Source of the DNA: Xylographa opegraphella
Taxonomy: Eukaryota
Length of the DNA: 64,000 nt
Direction of reading: 5' to 3'
Assembly (NCBI GenBank): GCA_022813865.1
Contig: JALDZX010000006.1
Location: 62,001-126,000, forward strand
The notes below the pieces were generated by a model. The model saw nothing but the letters and a program-made list of their open reading frames with translations, was not told where the DNA came from and searched no databases. Below are positions 12,138 through 24,807 of the stretch, one piece after another. The position numbers were made by a program, and so were the translations under genes. Position 1 is the first letter of the stretch; each line of letters begins with the position of its first letter.

Positions 12138-12378
12138 GAAGTGACACTCAACCGAGTGAAGTGACACTCAACCGAGTGAAGTGACACTCAACCGAGTGAA
12201 GTGACACTCAACCGAGTGAAGTGACACTCAACCGAGTGAAGTGACACTCAACCGAGTGAAGTGACACTCAACCGAGTGAAGTGACACTCAACCGAGTGAA
12301 GTGACACTCAACCGAGTGAAGTGACACTCAACCGAGTGAAGTGACACTCAACCGAGTGAAGTGACACTCAACCTAGTG
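12138..12378. repeat. Tandem minisatellite, 20-bp unit GAAGTGACACTCAACCGAGT, ~12 copies
   Basis: Eleven identical units plus one terminal unit with a G>T change (ACCTAGTG). No spacers. Stop codons occur on both strands. Confidence 0.98.
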
Positions 12379-12924
12379 TATCACAATTGTGCGTCAGTCG
12401 ATTGCTTTTTTACTTTTAGGTCAGTGACAAGAAGTAAAAATCAAGGTTCAGAAAATTGACTGATTTTTGATCTCATGACCAACCACAATTGCAGCGGCAT
12501 CGAAGATTAAAACATAGAAAGATTTGATCATCATGTTTGTGGTAGAATCGAGAACACAGATACGGACATGCTTACCTCTAAATTAAAAGCTGTATCGGTG
12601 GATCCATTCATTGTCCTGCATCACCTTGTTTCTGGCTCGGAGGGTGACCTGGTAGAGTATACATTAACAAGTATTCCTTCTAATGTGTGGGTGTATTTTT
12701 GGTGAATTGCTCGTTTATCTGTCAGAGTCTAATTATGGAAAGATCATAGCGCAAGCGCTCATGGATTTTGATTTTCTGACATAGTTTGTTCATCATGATA
12801 TCAACAGTACAGTGTATGGTGAGATGCTTAAAAGCCACTCACTTTGGTGTTCGATATGATGGCTGTGAAACGTCTTTCTTGTGAGTGTCGGTAGTTTCAC
12901 GAGATGAACCGTTTTTGGTCTTTG

Positions 12925-15900
12925 CTAAAGTTGCTCAATCTCCGTAATGACCTGATCTAGATGTGAGGGTTCAGCAGCGTCTAAGACGCGCTGTACCGAG
13001 GCGGCTCTACATGGTTTTAGCATTGCTCAATGTATATAAATTGCAGTCTCACATTGTGCCAAGCTTTTTCACCTGAGCCGCGTCCTCGAGCTCTTTCGAC
13101 TTCACTGCTGCAACGTCTAGAACGGTCGAGGGGATATTTGCCAGCCGAGCAACATTGAGCCTTCAACAATTAGCAGTGATACCCAGAACATAAGTCGAGT
13201 AGGCTTACCCATAAGATCGATGGGCTACTCCTTCTCCGACTTCATAAAGGAACGTCACATCTTGGCCAGTTTCTCCCGCTTCCGTAAATTTCATGTGCAC
13301 ATTCCTAAGCTCTTTATGATCAAATCCATTGGCTATGGCACTCAGGTTCTGGTAGTGCGTTATGAACATTGTAAGGCATTGAGTATTCCGGACTATGTAT
13401 TCGAGGACAGCTTGCGCAATGGCTACACCGTCGTGAGTTGAAGTACCTCGACCCAGCTCATCAAGAATGACCAGAGACCTGGGGGATGCCTGCTTCAAAA
13501 TATCCGATGTCTCTGAGAGCTCCACCATGAAGGTAGATTCACCAGCCATCATATTATCGAAAGCTCCCATTCGAGTGAATACTGCGTCGAGCATTCCCAA
13601 TTTGGCCGACCCAGCTGGTACGTACGATCCTATCTGGCCCATAATGGCAATGAGTGCAACTTGTCTGACATAGCTGGACTTTCCTCCCATGTTTGGTCCG
13701 GTAATGAGCAGAGCCCTGGTCCGGTCCGAAGCCATTTCGGTGTCATTTGGAACATACGAGTCGAGAAGCAATTGCTCCACCATAGGATGTCTTCCTTGCT
13801 CAACCATAATGCAGGTTTCGTTTGTATATTGCGGCTTAACATACCCAGGCTGATTTGCTACGATAGAGAGTGACAAAAGGCAGTCAAGCACAGCTAATGC
13901 TTGTACGCAATCTCGAAAGGCTTGATACTTTAAGGACATATCCGAGAGAAGTGTGGCAAAGGCAGCGTCACACGCTGCCGCCAGCGCTTCCTTATGCTGA
14001 TCTCGCTCTCGAATCAAACGCACCACTTCAGGCGTGTGAAAGCGAGACAATCTTTTCGTGCCGCTTATCTTAGCCCAGGATGCAGGTACATTCTTGAGCT
14101 CATTATTGTCCACTTCGATCAAGTACTCTATTTGAGAGCTTGTAACGTAGTTGACAGTCTTTTTTCGAAGCTTAGCTGCTGCCACGGCGCGATGTGCGTC
14201 AAGATCCTGCTCCACTGCAGCAATCCCTAACTTGTGCTCCGCAATATCATCTGTCTCCTCGTTCTCTCGAAAGAAGGCATACTTGTCGTCATCTTTGGCT
14301 GCTTGAGGATTCATCTTTTCCAAGTATCCAAGAACATCATCCAGTATGATTGGTAGAGCTGCTATAGCTTCGTTAATCATACGTGACTGAAAGCCAGCCT
14401 CTGATGGAGATTTGACACTGGCGAACTCGGTTGCTATTCGCTGCATTGTTTGCAAAACGGTCAATAATTCTGGGCGTGTACACTATTCTTAGTTAGCGTG
14501 AGGCGAAATTCAGGACGCAAAAGCCTTACTTTGCCATAGTAGATTCGAATGAGACTCTTCTCCAGATCGCTTTTTGTTTTCGACAGAACGTGCCGGAGTC
14601 TGTCTACCTTGATAGATCCATCACCATCTTTCAGTTCTTGAACAGCTGCAATGCGCTCTTCAAGTTTCAATTTCTCGAGCAAGGGTCTACCAACCCATTT
14701 GCGTAACAACCTTTTCCCGAAGCGCGTCTCTGTTCGGTCCAATGTCCAAAATAAGCTGCCTTTCTCGGTATGATCTGTCTGATTCTGGTAAATCTCCAAG
14801 CTTGTAAGAGTAGTACCATTCAGTAGCATATGAGATCTTGCACTAAACGACTGGAAATACTTAGTTAGATCAAAGACATGTTCAAGGCCGTATTCGCTCA
14901 TGTGGGTAATCATGGCCGAGAGACAGATAGTAACATTCTCGGCCAGTTTAAGAACCTTGTCCAGCAAGGCACTAGCTTTCTCGTCCTCATCACGATTGAC
15001 AGCTTTCATCTTCTCGGCATAAAAGTTCGATACATGGCTGTAAGCCTGAGCTGCCATGGTCTTCGGCCTCTCCACTCTTTCCACACGACTTTTATCACCG
15101 AAGATATTCGTCTTGCTGGTAGAAAGATGTTGCACGAGCTTCTCAGTGGCCTTCGATAGCTCGCCAACAATGAGAAACTCACAAGGGGCAATGTGAAGCA
15201 ACCTTGTCTCAATTTCGCTCCGCATGAAACCATCCTCGAAATCATCGTATACTACGTCTCCGGTAGCAGGCTGCACGGCCACGATCCCAACGTGGACCTT
15301 TTCGTCCGTGCCCCAACCTTTGCTTTTGTTCTCGGTTATACACAAAAGATAACCTGTAGGAGGTGCTCCACCTGCCGGTCCCTCGACAGGGCCTTCGAGA
15401 CCTTCTATGTCGTCGATGTAGGTCCCCTTCGTATATAGATTTGTGATTGCCCGTTTGAAAGGAGCATTCCGATTATCTCCAATGGCTTTCAGAGCAGCTG
15501 TCTCTAACTGTCTAACAACGCCCACCTTGTGACCGGCAGCAACGAGCCGCTTCACGTGGACATGCAACCGATGGACTGGTATGCTAGCAGATGCAAATCG
15601 ATCGAGATGAGCTTCCGATGCGTGTTCGTTATATCGGAATTTGCCAGGAATGCAGACAATCCCAAGCTCTTTGGCAGCAATTCTGGCATCTTCTCCAAAG
15701 AATCGATATTTGTAACCGACTTCGATCAGTAGCAGAGTATCCAGGTTTTTTGTCTTAATTTCCAGAACCTGTCTCTCCATTGGTGTCAATTTACCTACTT
15801 TTTTGGAAGCTACCCCCTTCTTCTTTGTAGGTTTTGAAACAGCTTCGGCCTCCTCTTCACCGTCGTTGTCGTCAGCTTCAAGGTTATCCTCAATTGTCTC

Positions 15901-16503
15901 CTCATCGATATGCCAATTTTTCCGCTTAATTTCAGCGATACTGTCAGGGCGACCCAGTTTCTTCACAAACTTTTGGTGAAGCTGGTCCTTCCGCTTTGTA
16001 GCCTCCGCATCATCCATAACATTCTCTTCATCCCTGCTTGGGGAATCTGAGAAGAGGTACCTCGAGGTCCGCTCCGAGACTTTCGGCTTCTTAATGCCAT
16101 TGGCCACGATGGGATGGAGGGTTTGGTGATTCTCATCCAAGGAGCTCTGGAGCACAGAGCTTTGACTAGTCTCCGCAGCGTCTGCAATCCCCAATGTCTT
16201 CTGTCTCTTCCGATCAGGCAGCCTATCAGATCTCTTGTTCTCCGATATCGGTAAGTCTTCAGTATTTTCCAGTGGACGTTTGTGTGAGGTTGGAGAATCA
16301 TCACCTGAGCTGATGGGGCCATCTTCCGTTCGATCATGCTGACTGTCAACGCAGCCATAATGATAGGAAGGTTTGTTTGAGGCGAGAGAGCTATCACAAG
16401 GTATTGGAGCCACAGCTGGACCACTTTTCGTGAAGAAATTAGAAATAGACTGCTGCTTTTTAGCGGAAGATGCTATCTGTGATGGTTTCTGACTTGTAGG
16501 CAT
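12925..16503 (-). CDS. MSH3: DNA mismatch repair protein MutS homolog 3
   Basis: N-terminal PIP-like [11 protein letters not shown]3-specific mismatch domain [17 protein letters not shown], Walker [23 protein letters not shown], and SYG|LNVARLA. Terminal exon stop at 12925-12927. Confidence 0.97.
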
Positions 16504-16653
16504 GGCGCTGATGATCAGCTACGATCCACGTGGACCGTAGACTGTGAGGTTAACGCATTGTGTTAAACTGAATGAAGAGAAGTCAAATCTCCACAGTGCA
16601 AAAGTGCTTCGGATAAATCTTCGGCTACATTAGGACTAGGTCCTAGACTAGAG

Positions 16654-16679
16654 ACGCGTGGTGCGCGCGCTGAGCGCGA
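16654..16679. promoter_or_regulatory. MCB element (ACGCGT) with adjacent CGCG cores upstream of MSH3
   Basis: ACGCGT at 16654-16659 followed by GCGCGCGC and GCGCGA, about 150 bp upstream of the MSH3 ATG. MCB boxes are the established fungal G1/S and DNA-repair promoter element. Confidence 0.5.
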
Positions 16680-17116
16680 CTTGCTGGACACGGGCTCCAC
16701 AAACCAGTGATTCGGACTTGAGGTCTTCTTCTTTGCCATACATCTATAGAAATTCAGGATACAAATACATAATGTTGGACATGCGCCAGAACCATGGAAG
16801 AGCGCTGCATCCTCTGACAATCATAGCTCCTCCATTCATATGACTGGGGACAGGCACAGCCAGCGTAACAGTGGGACCCATGAGTTCCCCCGATGAGATG
16901 GATGATATCTATTGCAATAAGCTGGGCTGATCTGACCAATGTGTATGATAATGAAGAACAATGAACGCTCAACAGATCCTTGCTGACCCTTCTTTGCTTG
17001 GTGCTGCCCTTCTTAAGGAAAATCCAGACGAGACACCTCGTAAGGAGAGGATTTCTACATCTTCAAGCAATTATAGGATCTCCGCTCCTTAATCTTCTCA
17101 TACACAAACATCTGGA

Positions 17117-19087
17117 TCAGACTTCGTTCCCATCATCAACGGTCTCGTCGCCAGAGTCTTGTGCATGATCGACTGCAAAACTCTCATTACCAATACCATT
17201 GTAATGCGAATCAAAGCTATGCAGAGATGAAGTTGCTGCTGGGAATTGGTCATAGAAATGGGCTGCTGAAAGGGGATTTCCAAGGTTGAAGGCCAAGGGA
17301 TTGAAGCCAAACCCATGATTTTGAGGTGGCTGAAGAGGGGTGAAACCCCAGTGTTGTGGCATGCTCGTGTAGTACTGCGGATTGTTATTACCCTGCATCG
17401 CGAAATAACGCTGAGTACTTCTTCCCGCGTTGAATGGAATTGGTGTGCCATCTATCCTTCCTGCTTGATTAACGATCGGCTCGATATTCTCTTTATCATC
17501 CAAACCCCTGGGAGCGAAATGACCATTGCCTGTTAGCCGAGAGCCTGCAATTTTTCTCGTTGGCGCTGGCTTCAACTTTTGTTGTGGTAAAGTCGCAGTT
17601 GCAGGAGGTTTGAGACCATATCGTGAGTCAAATTCTTGTATTTCGTTTGGTAGAGGATAAGCATCCACGCTGCCGTGCTTGTCTTGCAGGAATGGATACA
17701 TCTCTTCAAGATCTCTATCCGCGGATCGCATCCGTTTCGGATCCTGCCTTTTGGCAGGTTCTTCATTGTAGATCTCAAAAGCACGGCGTTTGCCCTGCTG
17801 GAGCTCACCCATCATCAAAGTCCATTCCACCTCGTCGTCCTCCATTACCGGCGACTTGTAGCGTCTCGATACCTGTGGCTTGGCCAGTGACGATGTCTTC
17901 GAATGCGAAGCTTGCATTGCGAGTCTTTGGATCTTCGCCGAGGATCTGCTTGTTTCGGCTGTTGATCTGGTGACATAATTTCTTCTCCCACTCCTGCCAA
18001 TGTTACCACTGATGATACTTAAAGGAGCTCTCTTGCTTTTTGAGCGTTGACGTGTAGGCTTTGGTGTGTCCTCCTTAACTGGACTACTCTCTACCTGTCC
18101 CGTTATGTATCTGCTCTTCTTCAGTTGACCTCCACTGTAGAAGATAAGCTCGGTGGGCTCCACTTCCGCCGAGTTGGCTTTCATTTGCTCTAGGACAGCG
18201 CCGTCCTTCTTCTGATTTCGCCTCCGTCTCGTGTCTGGACTTGCAGAGTCGAAAATATCCATTCCGGGCCAACAAATACCCTTCAGCTTGGTACATTCAC
18301 TCGCTTTGTCTTCCAGTTCTTCAATTCCATCTGCATCAACGCCAGCGCTCTCGATACTTACATTATCGACACTATGTCCTCTGGCAGTCTGTTGAACTTG
18401 CTCTCGTAGGTGAAATGCTGTGGCTAGCAGAAGTCCTGGTGGCTCGGGATACATGTTTCTAATAGGACTCTCTACCAACGACTCCTCATCCGCAAGAGCA
18501 TTATCTGTCTCCTGATATTCAAATTCGGTCAGGGCTGAGTGACGACCTCGTTCTGGAGTCGCGGCTACTGATGACTCTGTGTTCTCCTGATTTGAAGCGG
18601 CCCAGCTCTGCATTCGAGGAACGACATAGGCTCGGTTTTCTACTGCGGAGTTGAGCGATAAAGGTTTTGATTCTTTGGGGCTTCGGACGCCGACATTGGG
18701 GAGGACTTGAGAAAGCTGTGGGTCTAAAACGACATCTCTATGAATATGTTGTGGAATTGCAGACGCTCTTGAGTCACTGACGATACTGTTGGTTGGCTTG
18801 TTTGTGCGAGAGAGTCCGTTATTGGACGTTCTGTTCCTGTTCTGAGCTCCCTTTGATTCCTTCAGAACCATGCGCTGAGACAACAGTTTTTCGATCTGAT
18901 TTCTCTGGTACCATTGATCATACCTGAACAGCTGCTCTCGCACTGCTTGTTCTTGACGACTGCGGACCTGGGCCTTGAAATAGTGGGAGAGATGGCCTTT
19001 CGAGCCAACGTGTGTCAAGAGATGTGATAGATCGCTGAAGTCGGGACGTTTGGGACAAATGGTGCAATGAAGGACAAAAGAAGTCAT
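17117..19087 (-). CDS. Uncharacterised fungal protein with N-terminal C2H2/matrin-like zinc finger
   Basis: Single long ORF with first ATG at 19087. HCTICPKRPDFSDLSHLLTHVGSKGHLSHYF finger and a conserved-looking KLKGICWPGMDIFDSA..RRRRNQKKD block. Confidence 0.8.
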   Translation of the reverse strand: MTSFVLHCTICPKRPDFSDLSHLLTHVGSKGHLSHYFKAQVRSRQEQAVREQLFRYDQWYQRNQIEKLLSQRMVLKESKGAQNRNRTSNNGLSRTNKPTNSIVSDSRASAIPQHIHRDVVLDPQLSQVLPNVGVRSPKESKPLSLNSAVENRAYVVPRMQSWAASNQENTESSVAATPERGRHSALTEFEYQETDNALADEESLVESPIRNMYPEPPGLLLATAFHLREQVQQTARGHSVDNVSIESAGVDADGIEELEDKASECTKLKGICWPGMDIFDSASPDTRRRRNQKKDGAVLEQMKANSAEVEPTELIFYSGGQLKKSRYITGQVESSPVKEDTPKPTRQRSKSKRAPLSIISGNIGRSGRRNYVTRSTAETSRSSAKIQRLAMQASHSKTSSLAKPQVSRRYKSPVMEDDEVEWTLMMGELQQGKRRAFEIYNEEPAKRQDPKRMRSADRDLEEMYPFLQDKHGSVDAYPLPNEIQEFDSRYGLKPPATATLPQQKLKPAPTRKIAGSRLTGNGHFAPRGLDDKENIEPIVNQAGRIDGTPIPFNAGRSTQRYFAMQGNNNPQYYTSMPQHWGFTPLQPPQNHGFGFNPLAFNLGNPLSAAHFYDQFPAATSSLHSFDSHYNGIGNESFAVDHAQDSGDETVDDGNEV

Positions 19088-19709
19088 TGTGGCTGGGAGG
19101 CGGTTCTGATCTAGGAAACGACAGTTTGGGACGTGTATCAATGCTTCTTGCTGAAGCTTGCAAACAGAGCACGCTCTTCCCCAGTGATGAAAACAACCGA
19201 CGATGGAAAGACAGAAGGAGATCATCAAGAAAAGGCTGAGAAAGGACGAGGACGACTTGCAAGCAAAATTAGGTTTGCCAAGACCGTACGTCAACCCTAA
19301 ATCAACATGTCATTCAAGGTAGGAGCAATTGAATCAAGGTGGCACATCGTAGGTGTGCTACAGCTCCCAATGTATTGACTAGGTTGTCACATTACTGAAA
19401 TACTGCAGCCCTTTTGCTCAGATCTGCATGTGTACCTCAGGTATTGAATACTGAGCTTCTAACACCAAGATATACTCGATAGCCAATGGCAAAAAAGCCG
19501 ACTGTGCATATGGTGGACCGCGCTAACAATGCTAACGAGAGCAACGCAGTGATTTTTGGTCCCACCATGCCCGATATTTCCTCTGCTCTAGCCTTGTATC
19601 CCAAATCGATGGTGTGATATTGATTTGGGGTATTAGATGGCAAGAGCTCGCCTTGATCACAAAGGAATCGCCTTTGGTTGAGGAAGTTGCGGCTGAAGCA
19701 TGATATCGT

Positions 19710-20936
19710 TCAGCGCTTCATTATACGCTTGGTCACCTTGACAGGCATACAGCTGTGGTAAAATGTTAGCATGTGATATATACCAGAGTCATATCTTCGC
19801 TTGACTCACTAGACTGGGTCAACGTCCTCAAGGCCCGAGTATTTCAACAAGCTTAAGCCGGCAATACCAAAGACGGTATGGAAAACATCAACCATGTCGC
19901 CCGGTCGATCCGCCAACCCACCCAGCTCGGGATCCTGCGCCTATCAGCCGCCACAGTCGAGACGTGTTCGCAAAACTTACTTGGCATCGTAAAATGAAGT
20001 CTGTCAGCTTAATACCGTCTATCCAGTGTGATCTGCCGATCATGGCCAGGCTACTAAGAACCCACCAGCTGTAACATACGTCTTCTAACTTTTCTGGCCG
20101 GCCATTCAAGCCGCCATTCTCGAGCTGTCTCTCACTGAGCCAGCCACCGAGACGGTCTCGATCGACAAGATCCAAACGGTCCGCAATGGACAGTGCCGCT
20201 AAACAGACGAATATCTGGCCGGCGTGTGACTCCGCTCCAGGACTCACGCCATACCCGCCGTCAAAATTCACGCACGCATTGACATGACTGACTGCCTTCG
20301 GAACGTCAACGATAGAGAGAAGACCAAGCAGGGACAAGCCATTCAAAGCGGCGTAGAGAAACCTCGTATCGGTTTCGCCCCACTCGTCACCTGCAAAAGT
20401 GCCGGTCACCGGATCTTGCAGACCGGCAATATCTGCGAGAAAGGAAATTTAGACAGCGGAACATGGGTATACCGCCGAGGACTTACACTGGCCAACTCGT
20501 TTCCGGCCGCTTGGATGGCGATGCTCGAGCTCGTCCAAGGCATCTACAGTCGCCAGTATTTGGATGGCACTTGTGGTGTAGAGCATGTGAGCATCATGAC
20601 CGGGTGCAGCTCCGAAGCCCCCATTGTCATGCTGGCACGAGAAGACAAAATCAATGGTCTCTTGCCGTGGCAGGGCTTCGGGATGACCAAGTAAGTGCAA
20701 CGCCGTTAGACCCCAGTAGAGGCCATTGAGACGTAGGTGTTCTGTCAGCCAGTATTCCAGCTCGTCTTTTCGCTATCAGCGGGATGAGCCTCCCCAGCAC
20801 GGTCTGGGGGTACCTGTGGACGTACGGTGTCAAGGCTCTGGATGTAGCGAACGTGTTTCTCGACGTGCAAGCTCAACTCATCATTGTGCTGCTGGGGGTT
20901 GAGCTTCGCTCTGCCGGGACCGGAGACGAGAGACAT
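19710..20936 (-). CDS. BET2: Rab geranylgeranyltransferase (type II) beta subunit, multi-exon
   Basis: Prenyltransferase repeats [49 protein letters not shown], and C-terminal [11 protein letters not shown]. Confidence 0.95.
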
Positions 20937-22681
20937 GACGATCCGTTCTTTGTCTTCACTGGAGACTCATGATGCCTCGAAGCAGCGGTAGACAACTCAC
21001 CTTGCCGACCAGAGTGGGGTGTTGTTCATATTGTTGTTCAGGCATCAGCAGCAGAGCGATTTGGGGGACGTCCCGATTCAAAGCTTGGCAGAGGGGCACG
21101 TGTTCTGTTCGCGGGAGGATGGACGCACGCAGCCTCGCAAAGTCGAACCACCCCACTTTGAGAGCGGCGTTTCACTCCTCGAGTCAGCCGAGGTGGTGAT
21201 CTGGAGCATATGTAAGGGTAGAGACTTGAAGTGGCTTTCTAGATAGATGGATTGCACAATCATCAAATCATGATACCGAGCCCTCGTACTTCCAGTAGTC
21301 TACATCCACCTCGCTTCAAACCGGTGGGCGGCAGGCATTCGGACTGCAACGAGAATCACACCTTAAAGCGTAACCTGGTCCCGTCCCTGTCTCGCCCCCC
21401 GACCGCCCTCCAATTGTGTGCCTGCATAAGCTCCTTTCAGGGGGTCTTAGGGGCCGTTCGCAATTGGATCGTCCGCTGCCCCCGCTAAGTCCCAAACTGG
21501 CTCCAACTGATCCTGAACTGAGCGTACATTCATCACATTGGGAGTATCCACGACCAGACTCTTGGTGCCGCCTTGCTGTCCACTGTAACCGCTTTTTACC
21601 GGGCTTCGGTATTGCTTCACTGCACTTGAATCTCGTTCCTGGCGTGAAGCAAGTCCTGTGGAGACGGAGCACTCAACTGTAGCTTCTATTCACCTGCGCC
21701 ATTGATCAGACCCCTGCGCAGGACCAGAGTCGTATCATGCTGCATTAGGAATGCACCGTTAACTGGACGTCGTCCTCCATTTTTTGCTCACCGCTCGACA
21801 TCTTTTAGGCAGTCGTTTGCAGACTCGCCTGACTTGCACTATCTCCCCAAGGTCTGCCAAAGACTTAATTGTTTCTCCAAATTGTTGCCACTGGGCACCG
21901 ACAGCCTTCCAGCCTGCTCGCTGACGCCGCACACAAATCATCTTCACCAGGCGGTGACTTCGCTCGCAAGACCCAGCTGCAGGATTTCGATCACTCTTGG
22001 ACATACTTTGATGTGCGATCTATGCCAGTAGGTTAGTTGAAACTTACTCCGACGTTAATCATGAGAGGGCGCCACAGCCGTAGTCCATGTTGCCCTTTGC
22101 ACAAACCTTCGTATCAAAATACGTATATCACAGCTGCCGTGGAACAAGCTCACGACGTTGCTAATGCCTGTTGATTCAGCAGATAAGTTAGTACAACCGT
22201 CGGCTCAGAAACCAACGAACATCTTACGAAATACAACTTCGACATCGCAGTCACCAATTTGTTTCCGAAATCAATTCTCGACGGCTTTGGGAAGAGCTCG
22301 AATGGTGGATGTATAGCATATATTTGAATGAAAGTAAACAATCAACAGGCTCCTAAAGCCCCGTGGAAACACGACCCACAGGGATACCACTGCCACACAG
22401 GAACTTGGACGAATATTGCTGTGCTATCATTTGCACGTTCGCCTCTTCGACGGGCGATCACATTGTCCCAAGGCTTCTGATTTGGTTTGGTTCTATTTCC
22501 TAAATTAGTTTGGGATTGAAGAAAAGGAAAGGTGCATAATTCTCAAGGTCAATCGCCTTCAGTGGAATAACGGGACCTTATTACTTTCCAGTGCTGCCTA
22601 GTCCTGTGAGCAGACACTTTTGCACGACAGAAGCTCTGACGGCGTATTTTCTTGGGACCTACGCGGTCAAAGTAGCTAACC

Positions 22682-24807
22682 ATGGCCAAAACAAAAACTG
22701 CAAGGCTGTCGTTGACCTTGCCAAATTCTATACAATTGCCAGGAGATGCTGCTCTCTCGCCGACAAATAGTGGTCTTGGTAGCCCAAGAGCGCCCGACAC
22801 GCCTAGAAGAACGCAGTATGCGATAGCTTCCCGGAGCGAACATCACGGTGACTCAGCGCCTTCGAATCCATCACTCAAAAGCCCGTTTTCCGCTCTTCAA
22901 ACTTCCACAAGCTATCCCGCGTCAAGCAACTCTTCGGCCACTCCAATCTCGCCAACATTGCCAGCCTCACCGACCTCTCCTGCTTTCACATCACTGCCAC
23001 CCTACCCGACGTCTCCACAACACACTCCAAAGCATGCTCGTGACCCGTCGAGGTCTTTCTTTGCGAACTTGAAAGCATCAAAATCATCTACCAGGATACA
23101 GTCACCTGAAAGTACGATTCGGAAAGTCCCTCAAGAACCCAACGACGATATATTGCCATTCAGGAGGAAGAAGTCTTCGCCTAATCTAGGCTCTACACCT
23201 TCAGGCTCGGCTCCGGACGTGCCACTCCTTGGTGCAAACACACAGACGAGCTACTCCATTGCTTCGAACTCGCAGAGTTCACGTTCCCTGACCACTGAGC
23301 ATGGTTCTACGACCGACTCTGAACTTTCAAGCACCCGGCGCCCTGTCGCGGGATCTACATCATCGGGAAAGTCTTCTCCTTCTATAACATCGGATGCACC
23401 AGAGTTGAAGAAGAAGGACAGCTCCATGCTTTCTAATTTGATGAAGAGGAATCATTCGGGTCGTCCAGAAGATAGTACCAATATCTCGAAGCCGTCTACG
23501 CCCACGCAAACACAACCTCCGGATCTGGGTGAACGGGCTCTGGCACCACGAACCCGCTCTGCCACACGAAATCCCTCACCGCATTCCGAATCTGGTGCTT
23601 CTGATGCTTATGGAAGCAGCAACTCCAGAACCACAGGACCTCAACTCATGAATCAGAGATCACAAGTATTCCGTGAAGGTGGCACACATTTGTTCAATGA
23701 CTTCAAAAAGCGAACCGCTAAAGCTGCCGGGGGCATCGGCAAGGCAGGTAACCGTTTGTTTCGTAACAAAGTACCCGATAAGCCAATTGAACCTCCGCCC
23801 AATTATCATTGTACGGTCCTCAACCAGTCCCTGGTCAATCAGACACGGATTACGCGTATTGCTAGGAGGTTAGAGGATTCCAAGGATAAGACGGAGTTTT
23901 GGATGCCAGCACTACCGTGGAGATGTATCGAGTAAGCAGGCTCTTCAGCTAGTAATTCTGTGTGGTACTAATCCGTCTTTAGCTATCTGAACTTTAAAGG
24001 CTGCGAGATTGAGGGCCTCTATCGAATCCCGGGCAGTGAGGTGCAAATCAGGACTTGGAAATGGAGGTTCGATACTGGTGAGCGCTACGCATGTGTGAAT
24101 TTATTCGACCGTGTACTAATCGAGTTCTAGAGCACGATATTGATTTGTTTGAGGTGGATGACCTTTACGACGTCAATATAATTGGATCGCTGTTCAAATC
24201 ATGGCTTCGAGGACTTCCAGATGAGATTCTGCCCAAATCGACACAAGAAAGACTCTCCGCTGAAGTTGGACCAAGCGATCATGCGCCGCAAATGTTGAAG
24301 GACGAACTTTCTCTGTTACCGCCCTGGAACTATTACCTCTTGTTTGCAATCACTTGCCACTTGAGTCTGCTTCACGCATATGTGGATAAAAACAAAATGA
24401 CCTATCCGAACCTTGTCATATGTTTTGCACCAGCGCTACAAATGAATTCGGATTGCTTCCGCTGGCTTGTTACGGACTGGCGCAACTGCTGGCAAGGTTG
24501 TTGGACAGAAAAAGAATACCTTGAGGAAGAGTATAGAGTCCTCGATCATATGGAACCCGTCGGGGACAGGGGCTTCGTCGACTCGCAGCCTCAAACTGCG
24601 GAGGATCGTTCTCTTTCTTCCTCCGGGAGTGGCACAACTAACACTGCCTCCCACAAACCGCCAGCTATCGATTTGTCACAGAGTATAGATGACGCCCCTC
24701 TTGACACGAACACTGGTTCCCATCATAGCAGAAACCCTTCACAGCTTCCGGAGCTTACCCTCCCGCAGCCAATCTCACCTTTCTTTAGCTCCGAGCACAC
24801 TCAATAG
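22682..24807 (+). CDS. RhoGAP domain protein with Ser/Pro-rich N-terminus
   Basis: DKTEFWMPALPWRCI|DYLNFKGCEIEGLYRIPG (arginine finger), GSLFKSWLRGLP and NKMTYPNLVICF. Confidence 0.92.

Noticed and set aside
12138..12378. CRISPR array
   Set aside because: The repeats are palindromic but abut with no unique spacers, there are no cas genes, and the context is eukaryotic.
12138..16503. Functional link between the tandem array and adjacent MSH3 (a repeat-instability gene)
   Set aside because: MSH3 acts in trans and looks intact, so adjacency alone is not evidence.
19088..19294. Hydrophobic N-terminal extension of the 725-aa ORF (signal-peptide-like)
   Set aside because: It arises from a TTG start in the ORF caller. 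The first ATG is at 19087, just before the zinc finger.
20960..22680. Short ORFs between BET2 and the RhoGAP gene
   Set aside because: No recognisable motifs or codon bias. This is most likely divergent promoter and long 5' UTR.
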